From an uncultured Candidatus Entotheonella sp. (GTDB lineage Bacteria > Tectomicrobia > Entotheonellia > Entotheonellales > Entotheonellaceae), in the NCBI GenBank assembly GCA_965217185.1, contig OZ244252.1, positions 3,480,338-3,544,337 of the forward strand: DNA of 64,000 nucleotides, written 5' to 3'. The notes beneath the pieces were generated by a model. The model saw only the letters and a list, made by a program, of their open reading frames with translations, had not been told where the DNA came from and searched no databases. A program made the translations under genes and the position numbers. Shown piece by piece: positions 18,507 through 25,895 of this stretch. The first letter of the stretch is position 1. Each line of letters begins with the position of its first letter.

Positions 18507-19022
18507 ATGACAAGCAACCGCACAATGCTGCCGGTGGCTATCGCTATAGGGCTGGCCTTTCTGGTCGGCTGCACCCCGCCGGGTCCCGTTTTGACGCCGC
18601 TGGAGATCCAGAGCCTGCAGACCCGCGAGTTCGAGCACGACAAGGCCGTCGTGTTCGCCAGTACCATGTCGGTGTTCCAGGACCTTGGCTACATCGTCAA
18701 CAGCGCGGACCTCGCCACCGGACTCATCACCACGGAAAGCCCCGCCACGAGTGACCGCGCGACGTTCCCGGCGCGGCTGACGATCTTGCCGGAGTTGATG
18801 GTGTGGTCGGACGTGACCAGCGTGATGCAAACGAAGGCGACGGCGTTCATCGAACAGATCGGCAACAGGTCCAGGGTACGGCTCAACTTCGTCATCACCC
18901 GGCAGGACTCCAGCGTACACGGCCAGACCAGCCGGCGGGATACGCCGATCCTCGATGCCACTGTTTACCAGAACGCCTTCGAGCGGATCGAGAACGCTAT
19001 TTTCGTGAGGGCCGGCAATTAG
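18507..19022 (+). CDS. Lipoprotein of unknown function
   Basis: Lipobox AFLVGC and a coding-like 171-aa ORF. Confidence 0.6.
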   Translation: MTSNRTMLPVAIAIGLAFLVGCTPPGPVLTPLEIQSLQTREFEHDKAVVFASTMSVFQDLGYIVNSADLATGLITTESPATSDRATFPARLTILPELMVWSDVTSVMQTKATAFIEQIGNRSRVRLNFVITRQDSSVHGQTSRRDTPILDATVYQNAFERIENAIFVRAGN

Positions 19023-19030
19023 GAGGGGGC

Positions 19031-19210
19031 ATGGACTGGAAGACACTCGGCAACATCGCCGCCTTGGTAGGCGTGCTGGTTGCCATCGTGGTGCGGCTCA
19101 AATTTTCCCCAAATTGCAGGAGTTGCACATCGCTTCGGCAACTGCTCGAGGCAGACGTTCGCAGGCCCAGTCTGCTTGAGATTCCCCACCCGGGCACCGA
19201 AAAGGGGTGA
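19031..19210 (+). CDS. Small (59 aa) single-TM protein
   Basis: A strong RBS (AGGAGGGGG) lies just upstream of the ATG. TM segment IAALVGVLVAIVV. Confidence 0.4.
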   Translation: MDWKTLGNIAALVGVLVAIVVRLKFSPNCRSCTSLRQLLEADVRRPSLLEIPHPGTEKG

Positions 19211-19659
19211 TTATGTGTCTTACTCCCCCACCGATTCCGGGTGAGGTTGCCCTATTCGCGGCACTCGGTGGGGCGTTCTGGTAGCCTCCGGTGCTAAATC
19301 GCGCAAGTCCAGTAACGACGCGGGTTTCAGGCGATACGAAAGGGCGTAGGTCTCAAATTGACCAGTTAGGCGGCCCGTCCGTGCGCCAATTTTGTAGATA
19401 AACCAACAATACCCCAGAGGAGTGCTGCCCATCACCCACCGTCCTACGTGACACTTTGTCACCTCGCGCATCAATCATGTCCCCAAGCCGTACCAAACCC
19501 CCTCAGAATCGCTCAATTTCGGACTTACACCCATACGAAAGTTTACGTATAAGCGCTTATCGGAACATGCTGTGACGGACTGCCACTATTCGCCTACCGT
19601 CTAATATCTTTTGTCGTGTAAAGTGGACCGGCGCCAGAGCCGTTAAAGGAGGAAGCGTT

Positions 19660-20616
19660 ATGCCTGAGTCGATACGCGACTATTTGCATAGAGTTCATAG
19701 AGAACCCGTGCCGAGATGGCTCAAAGAGGGTGATTTTTCATTGGACAGGTTTTTTGAATCCCGAACCGTCTACTATCCTGGCGCAGGTCATGACGGAAGC
19801 CCGCTCAAATTATTCAACCGAAGTCATAGCGCGCACTGCTTTGTATGGGTTGACCGGCGTTATGACTTTGATGAATTGAGGAGCAGAGAAGGAACAGGAG
19901 GGTTTGGTCTTCTGAAAGGATATGACGTTTGTCATCAGATAGACATCGTGATCAGGACGAATTATGGCCCCCTAGTTGCTGATCTTCCTTGTCATATGTT
20001 GGTTTATGAACGATGTTCCTACCTTGGTGATGAACACGGTGCAGAAAGGTTGGCCCTTCTTGTTATTTGCGCAGAAGCTCACGCCGCCTATGAGCAGATT
20101 TATCTAGGCCGATTCAGGGGAAATCCACCGTTTGCAGTGGTTCTTCAGGAGTGCATGCGGGGTCCCGACGATCACCCTTTCGGAGGTCCGTCCCCCATGT
20201 ATGAGGCGGCGCGAAAGAACGGACTACCTGGTTTTCTGCTTGTTGGTACCGACAATACGAGCCCATGGCCGGGTTATGTCAGGTTGGAACACTTCCGCCG
20301 CATCCGCGGCGGCATGCCTCTAAGCCGGCGTTGGCTTTATCAACTGCGAGCCGGCAAGCGGCGCGAACACGCTGAGCAGGTACGGCCGCACCTCAAGGTA
20401 GCGGCTCGCTTCCATTTGCCAGAAGACAGGCTTGTCGAGTGGCTGGAGTTCAACGGCGTACCGCCACCAAGTGGAAGCAAATGGTCACTCCGGACCGTCC
20501 GGCGCATAGGCCGTCGCCTCGGACTCTGGCCGTACCGGAGTTCTTTGCGGGAAGGGCGAAATCCTACCCTGAGCGTGCCAGAGGATGACATGCGCCGGAG
20601 GCGTCAAGGAAGATGA
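19660..20616 (+). CDS. Hypothetical 318-aa protein; the C-terminal motif resembles the DNA-binding 'recombinase' motif of large serine recombinases
   Basis: RBS AAGGAGGAAG precedes the start. Codon usage is AT-richer than the flanking genes. The C-terminus has NGVPPPSGSKWSLRTVRRI. I recognise no family for the N-terminal 240 aa. Confidence 0.55.
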   Translation: MPESIRDYLHRVHREPVPRWLKEGDFSLDRFFESRTVYYPGAGHDGSPLKLFNRSHSAHCFVWVDRRYDFDELRSREGTGGFGLLKGYDVCHQIDIVIRTNYGPLVADLPCHMLVYERCSYLGDEHGAERLALLVICAEAHAAYEQIYLGRFRGNPPFAVVLQECMRGPDDHPFGGPSPMYEAARKNGLPGFLLVGTDNTSPWPGYVRLEHFRRIRGGMPLSRRWLYQLRAGKRREHAEQVRPHLKVAARFHLPEDRLVEWLEFNGVPPPSGSKWSLRTVRRIGRRLGLWPYRSSLREGRNPTLSVPEDDMRRRRQGR

Positions 20617-20703
20617 TGACGGGTCCGCCGGGTGCGAAGCGAGTTCAGGTTACGCCCTCTCAGCGAACAATCGGCGCAAGTTGACATAACCCGGGGTTAT
20701 CAG

Positions 20704-21581
20704 GTGCGCCGTGGAAGGCGCCATTCTTCAGCGGGTGCGAATCCCGCCCGGCAACTGTCGTTCCAGCCGGTAGCAGTCGGAGCGGATGATGGAGGCAACG
20801 ACATCGTCTGAAGCACTCCGACGCAACGGGCCGCCAAGGGCGGCTTAGCGACCATGCGGGCCGCAACGTGAGTGAACGTCGAGCAGGCCTCGAAAGCGGT
20901 GATGCGGAAGCCGACCCGCCCTGATAACGGGGAAGGCTGCTACCTGTCGGGAAGCGAGCGACACATGCACCGACGGGTTCCGCCGGGGTATTGGCGGCAG
21001 CACGCATGGAAGAGGGGAATGGACGCAACACGGGAAGCCCTGTCCGGTGGCGTGGCACGCGCCAACCGACAGCCCGCGAGGGTCAGGTCGGGCCGGCAGG
21101 GTGGCGGAGAGGCTTGCAGTACCGGTGAAGCCGGGTAACGCCGGCGGAGGGAAGGGGCCTCATGTGAGGAGCGATGTCCAAAGGGAGAAGGGTCACGGGA
21201 GTGGCTATGCCTATTACCCCGAATGATGACCAGAAAACCCGGCAGCATCACATGCCCAAGTGAAGGAACCGTGCCTTTAGGCGCGGGGTCGTCGAGGCGT
21301 CAACAGGCTCGACGACCCACTGAACGCAACGCGCGCCGCAGGGCGGAAGCTGTGCCGCTCCCGCAAGTCCGATTACCTGCTGCCCGCGGTTGCCAGGGTG
21401 TTCCGTGTGCGAGACGCATGATCCCACTGGAGAGCCGGATGCGGTAAATCCGCCTGTCCGGTTCGGAGAGCGGCGACTGGAAACGGAGCCACGGCGAGGA
21501 GTGAGGCACCGGCATTGCGAAAGCTGCCGGGAACAGCTACCCCCGTTCGCCTACCGCCACCGCGCCAGTCGCCGACTCTAC
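20704..21581 (+). mobile_element. ORF-less group II intron (ribozyme only)
   Basis: 5' GTGCG at 20704. A domain III-like segment reads GGUGAAGCCGGGUAACGCCGGCGGAGGGAAGGGGC. Domain IV is reduced to an 11-bp hairpin (21286-21318). Domain V at 21432-21464 has the AGC triad and a 2-nt bulge. Domain VI pairs 21467-21480 with 21565-21579, has a bulged A at 21575 and ends in AC at 21581. Confidence 0.7.
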
Positions 21582-21698
21582 AAGTTGGGGGGCAAGATTT
21601 TATCTCAACAAGCCCTAATCTGAGCTGAATAGGTTGCGCGGCCTAGCGTAATTCTGGATACAAACCTTGCGATGACGCCAATAGGAGATTGACCCGGC

Positions 21699-22121
21699 AT
21701 GTTTACTGTTCTCCGACCGCTAATTCTTGCCCTCGCCGCGGTACTGACGTTGTTTGTCACGCAAGTCATTGGCGAAGATGTTGATTTCGACGCTGTATTC
21801 GAGGTCCTTAAGTCTGACCGAGGCAAGCTCGAAGAAATGGACTCGGCTGTGTCGATAATAAAGATGATTCATGCGGCGGAGGCCTGCGAGAAATTCCGTG
21901 TTGCGATTGATGGCTTCGAGATTCACGGTAGCGAAGCCAAACGCAAGATCGATAGCGTGTTCGATTCGGCGTTCGCGGCCATTGATGCCGCCGAAGGCGA
22001 TCACGCACGCAAGGGTGCAAATCTCGCGTTTGACCTGACAAAACGGTTAGGAGCGAATGGAAATAATCCCTGGTACTTCAAAGCAGGCTTTCGTGCCATT
22101 TACGCGAACGTGTGCAATTAG
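21699..22121 (+). CDS. Hypothetical secreted helical protein (140 aa)
   Basis: Signal peptide MFTVLRPLILALAAVLTLFVTQVIG. AT-richer codon usage. Confidence 0.5.
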   Translation: MFTVLRPLILALAAVLTLFVTQVIGEDVDFDAVFEVLKSDRGKLEEMDSAVSIIKMIHAAEACEKFRVAIDGFEIHGSEAKRKIDSVFDSAFAAIDAAEGDHARKGANLAFDLTKRLGANGNNPWYFKAGFRAIYANVCN

Positions 22122-22135
22122 GAAAGGATACACAA

Positions 22136-23644
22136 ATGGAGTTCCAGGACCGCTGTCGCGGCCTCATGGTCGGCATCGCTGTCGGCAACTTGCTCGGCAT
22201 TCCGTGCGAGGGCTGGCCGCGGGAGAAAATCCGCCTCCGCTGGCCTGACGGTGTGCGCGACATCGAAGCGAAAGCCGGCTATCCCGACGATGACGACTTA
22301 GCGCAGGCCGTCATTCTGGCCGCGGCGTGTCACGGGGCGGAAGCCCTGGACGTCGACGACCTCGCCCGGCGGTTCTGGGTGTGGGGTGAGGAAAACGGTC
22401 TTGGCATGGGCCATGCGACAAACATGACACTAACCCGTTACGGTGGTAGACGTCCCAGACAGTACGGGTCCCGTAACATATCTGCACGCCGGCGGCGCTC
22501 GGCGTTGCCGGACTTCCAGCTGGCGCGTGAGCCGGTAGGCTTGCCGGCCCTGGAAGCTTCCCGTGCGGCCTGGGAGGACTCCGGCGGCAAGGCGGCCGGC
22601 AATGGCGCAGTCATGCGCTGTGCGCCTCTGGCCATTCGCTGGCGGCACGACGATGTAGCGCTGGTTCGCAACACCGTCTGCAGCGCCGCGGTCACCCACT
22701 GGGATTGCCGCTGTATCTGGTCCTCGGTGTTTGTGAATCTCGCCATTGCGTCGCTCCTGCGGGAACCGCCGGACGACGCGTTGCGACTGGTTGAGCGCGC
22801 CGAGCGGGCAAGGGAAACGCTTGGCGATGCCTTGGCGCCGTTCGGCGTCGACGCGCCCCCGCGGGCGGCGGTGACGAAAGCGTTGGACGTGGCGGACGTG
22901 ACGGCGCCGGAGGAGATCGGCCTGGATGGTTGGGACATGGGCTACACCCTCAAGGCCATGCAGGTGGCCCTGTGGTGCGCGCGCCAGGCTGTGGACTTCG
23001 AGGAAGCGCTGATCGCCGTCGTCAATGCCGGCGGGGACACTGACACAAACGGCGCCGTGGCGGGTGCGGTGCTTGGTGTACGGTTCGGATTCGACGCGAT
23101 TCCGAGACGTTGGCGCGACCAGGTTGCCAAGTTGCGGGCAGACCGGGTTACGATGGAGGTATGGTCCGACCGTCTGATGGAAACGCGCACTTCGCCGCGG
23201 TCGGCGGAAGGGGCTGGTGAGGTGACAAAGGAAAACCGAGACAGCAGCCGATTGATCCGAGTTTCGGGTGCTGTTTGGAACGCTATCGCTGAGCGAGGAA
23301 AGTTCGGCGAGACGGAGGATGATGTTCTCCGGCGAGTGTTTGGCCTCTTACCGCAGCTCGACCCTGAACAGCCCGTGTCGGGCAAGCGCGGTACCGGACG
23401 ACGAGCACCACGGCGCGCGACAAAACGAATGTCGGTATACGTTGAACGTGGTCGGCTCTTCGTTCAGTTCGCAGATGACGAAAAGAGTTGGTGGGACTTA
23501 CCGGATCCAACGGACAAACGAGCCATTCGGCGCATCCGTGATGAAGCAGTGGCCTTTGCACTCGCTCACGGAGCGACTGATCCAGGGCAGACCAATGCCG
23601 TCAAGAAAGCGCTAACGGACGCCGGGTATCACCTGACTCGATAG
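22136..23644 (+). CDS. ADP-ribosylglycohydrolase (ARH/DraG family) fused to an uncharacterised C-terminal region of about 140 aa
   Basis: ARH motifs: RCRGLMVGIAVGNLLG, YPDDDDLAQA, GNGAVMRCAPLA, GGDTDTNGAVAGAVLG. RBS AGGAAAGGA precedes the ATG at 22136. I recognise no family for residues from about 360 to 502. Confidence 0.8.
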   Translation: MEFQDRCRGLMVGIAVGNLLGIPCEGWPREKIRLRWPDGVRDIEAKAGYPDDDDLAQAVILAAACHGAEALDVDDLARRFWVWGEENGLGMGHATNMTLTRYGGRRPRQYGSRNISARRRRSALPDFQLAREPVGLPALEASRAAWEDSGGKAAGNGAVMRCAPLAIRWRHDDVALVRNTVCSAAVTHWDCRCIWSSVFVNLAIASLLREPPDDALRLVERAERARETLGDALAPFGVDAPPRAAVTKALDVADVTAPEEIGLDGWDMGYTLKAMQVALWCARQAVDFEEALIAVVNAGGDTDTNGAVAGAVLGVRFGFDAIPRRWRDQVAKLRADRVTMEVWSDRLMETRTSPRSAEGAGEVTKENRDSSRLIRVSGAVWNAIAERGKFGETEDDVLRRVFGLLPQLDPEQPVSGKRGTGRRAPRRATKRMSVYVERGRLFVQFADDEKSWWDLPDPTDKRAIRRIRDEAVAFALAHGATDPGQTNAVKKALTDAGYHLTR

Positions 23645-23767
23645 GTAGGCTAACACTGGATGGAGCAGAAGCAACAGACCGTGGGTGTGTCTGAACATTG
23701 GCCGCCGTGACAAGGGACCTACAGCACTGAACAAGTTAACATAACGCAGGGTTATCCGAAGTTGCCA

Positions 23768-23802
23768 AGCCCCTCCGGGACATCCCCCGAAGGGGCTGTT
23801 TT
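23768..23802 (+). terminator. Rho-independent terminator after the ARH gene
   Basis: AGCCCCTCCGGG-loop-CCCGAAGGGGCT (one mismatch) followed by GTTTT. Confidence 0.6.
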
Positions 23803-23873
23803 GCGCCCGAAGGCGACATGAAGTGTCTTATCGGAAGCTGGCGGAGGATATCTACCCGTTTCGCAATCATTTC

Positions 23874-24504
23874 TCACGGATGCTTAGGACGATAGTCCCT
23901 CGGATCGAGACAGGCATCGTAAAATTGTTGGTCCATGCGAAACCAATCTGTGTCGTTCAATCCCGCGTTTCGCTGTTGCATTCGGACCAGACGGAAAAGC
24001 TGAGGCAATCTTCAACCACCTACCTTCGGAACAGGCAATGTTGCGGATCTCTTGGGCGACTTCGGCAAGGTCCTGGTCCTGGCTGAAGATCACAGCCACG
24101 TCCAGTTCACCATGACGCGCCATGCGCACCACATCCAGACCTAGTCGCAGATCGATACCCTTCTCACGCTTGACGGGGATATCGTGTGATGAGCCGTCCT
24201 TGAGAACGACCCGCTCAGTCCTGTACCGAAGGGGTCGGGAGATGACAATGATACCGGCCCGGCCCATCGCGGTCAGGCGCCGAGTCCAGTACCCGTGCCA
24301 CTTCGGATCGTGTTCGGCGCTCGGAGTGCCCGTATAAAACCGCACACCATGATTGATCCAGCCGCGAGCGTTACAAACCGCGTCACTCAGTTTCTTCGGA
24401 TCATAATTTGGGTGGTAGTGCCCAAAAGCGCTCTTGGCATGGCGGAACAGATTCTGGCCATCAATGAATGAAACAACGCGCTTGATGTCGGGTTCGGTAG
24501 GCAT
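23874..24504 (-). pseudogene. NYN-domain (LabA/PIN-like) protein, frameshifted near the C-terminus
   Basis: N-terminal VVSFIDGQNLF and IFSQDQDLAEV are NYN motifs. After ...AKRGIE the natural-looking tail TDWFRMDQQFYDACLDPRDYRPKHP* continues in another frame. The span is 631 nt (3n+1). The shift lies at about 23951-23954. Confidence 0.7.
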
Positions 24505-24530
24505 TCGGTAGGCATAATGTAGGTGTGAGC

Positions 24531-24550
24531 AAAAAATAACCCCGCCGGGG
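24531..24550 (-). terminator. Short GC hairpin plus T-run on the minus strand, downstream of the nucleoside hydrolase operon
   Basis: The minus strand reads CCCCGGCGGGGTTATTTTTT. Confidence 0.45.
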
Positions 24551-24766
24551 CCTTGCGGCGAGTCCGGTGGGGAGCAATTAAGTAGAGAGTACTCTCCTGC
24601 TGTAGTCTACGTCAATAGAGCCAACAAAAATTTACCTTATCGGAAGTAGAATGGCGCGCTACGTCTTCACCTGTTTGAAGCGCGTCACATGCACGTCGAG
24701 CTTGGACGCGAAGTTGCGCGGAGCCCGCCTCGAACTCGAACCGGGGTGCACGTCGATAGCCGCGGG

Positions 24767-25708
24767 CTACAGCCGCCCAATGCGTTCGATCAGGAGAGCG
24801 AGAACGCCCTCGCCGTTAACCTCCGTTACCCAGTGCGCATTCGACGGTTTGCCGGTCACGCCCCACCAATCCACCACGGTAGCACCCAGCGTGTGCGTCC
24901 CCTCGGTCTCCACGGCGACCGGGACGGGCTCGGCCCGGAACAAATCCGGCTGCAGCAGCCAGGCAACGGTACAGGGATCGTGAATCGGCAGGCAGTCCGG
25001 ACCAAAGCGGGCCACGCGGCTGTGGGCGGCGGGGCGCAGCAGAGCAGCCAGACGCCGCGCCGGTTCGCCGCCGGCACGCGCCAGACGTTTGGCGTGGGCA
25101 GGGGTGGCGAGCACCTGGTGGGTGGCGTCGAGGCTCACGATAGTCATCGGACGCCCGCAGTCGAGAACCTGCGCCGCGGCGTGCGGGTCGGCGAAAATGT
25201 TGAACTCGGCGGCCGGCGTCACGTTGCCGCCGGCCCGCGATGCACCGCCCATAAGCACGATCTGCCGAATTTTCGGTAGAAGCTCCGGGGAATCCGCAAC
25301 GAGAATCGCGACATTGGTCAGCGGGCCAATGGCAACCAGGGTGATCTCGTCATCCTTAGCAGCGCGCAGCGTTTCATTCATAAAGGCGACCGCGCCACCC
25401 GATTCGACCGCTACCGGCGGCACGTCCACCTCCATGCCCTCCAGCCCGTTTTCCCCATGCGCCCTCGTGCCGGTCACGGGTTCCCGCGCCAGCGGCCGGT
25501 CGGCGCCCGCGTGCACCGGCACTTCCGGAAAGCCGCACAGGTCGCAGATGAATCGCGCATTGCGGTACGTCAACACCAGCGGCACGTTGCCGGCTACCGC
25601 GGTGATGCCAACCAGCTCGATCTCCGCCGTCGAAGCCAGCAGCATCGCAATGGCCAGGGCGTCATCGCGGCCCGGGTCGCAGTCGACAAGGACACGGTGC
25701 TTCTGCAT
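24767..25708 (-). CDS. Inosine/uridine-preferring nucleoside hydrolase family protein
   Basis: N-terminal VLVDCDPGRDDALAI is the DxDxxxDD fingerprint. 313 aa. Confidence 0.85.
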   Translation of the reverse strand: MQKHRVLVDCDPGRDDALAIAMLLASTAEIELVGITAVAGNVPLVLTYRNARFICDLCGFPEVPVHAGADRPLAREPVTGTRAHGENGLEGMEVDVPPVAVESGGAVAFMNETLRAAKDDEITLVAIGPLTNVAILVADSPELLPKIRQIVLMGGASRAGGNVTPAAEFNIFADPHAAAQVLDCGRPMTIVSLDATHQVLATPAHAKRLARAGGEPARRLAALLRPAAHSRVARFGPDCLPIHDPCTVAWLLQPDLFRAEPVPVAVETEGTHTLGATVVDWWGVTGKPSNAHWVTEVNGEGVLALLIERIGRL

Positions 25709-25895
25709 CTACGGCTCCTCCAGCCATCCCTGCATGAAATTCTTGATCTGCGTTTGGTAAGGCACCTTGTGCAGCGGCGCCGTGGAGTTTACGGAAATCG
25801 TCCAGGAAACGGACGATGTCCTCGGGGGACAGTTCACGGCAACGTTCGAGGTAAGCGTCGGAGAATCGCTGCAAGGGACGTTCAGGTGCCGTCAT
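25709..25895 (-). pseudogene. Remnant of a small CopG/BrnA-like antitoxin-type gene (internal deletion plus frame change)
   Basis: The N-terminal part MTAPERPLQRFSDAYLERCRELSPEDIVRFLDDFRKLHG is in one frame. The family-like tail PYQTQIKNFMQGWLEEP* is in another frame and ends immediately before the hydrolase ATG. Confidence 0.4.

Noticed and set aside
19220-19474. An 84-aa minus-strand ORF at the left edge of the islet, as a possible integrase remnant.
   Set aside because: No recombinase motifs, no RBS, and odd composition. Treated as non-coding.
20660-21515. Several 70-130-aa ORFs on both strands inside 20.66-21.6 kb.
   Set aside because: The region folds into group II intron domains. The ORFs are Arg/Pro-rich with no reverse-transcriptase motifs, for example no YADD.
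23827-24646. The 11-bp direct repeat CTTATCGGAAG flanking the NYN gene, read as a transposon target-site duplication.
   Set aside because: No terminal inverted repeats or transposase lie between the copies. A third copy of the 10-mer exists at 19556. An 11-mer match is not by itself significant in 64 kb. It is kept only as part of the three-copy motif observation.
24651-24766. A tRNA-like GGTTCGAG motif, and a short ORF fragment (...NFASKLDVHVTRFKQVKT*) downstream of the nucleoside hydrolase gene, as a possible island attachment site.
   Set aside because: No acceptor, D or anticodon arm can be drawn around the motif. The fragment is too short to assign.
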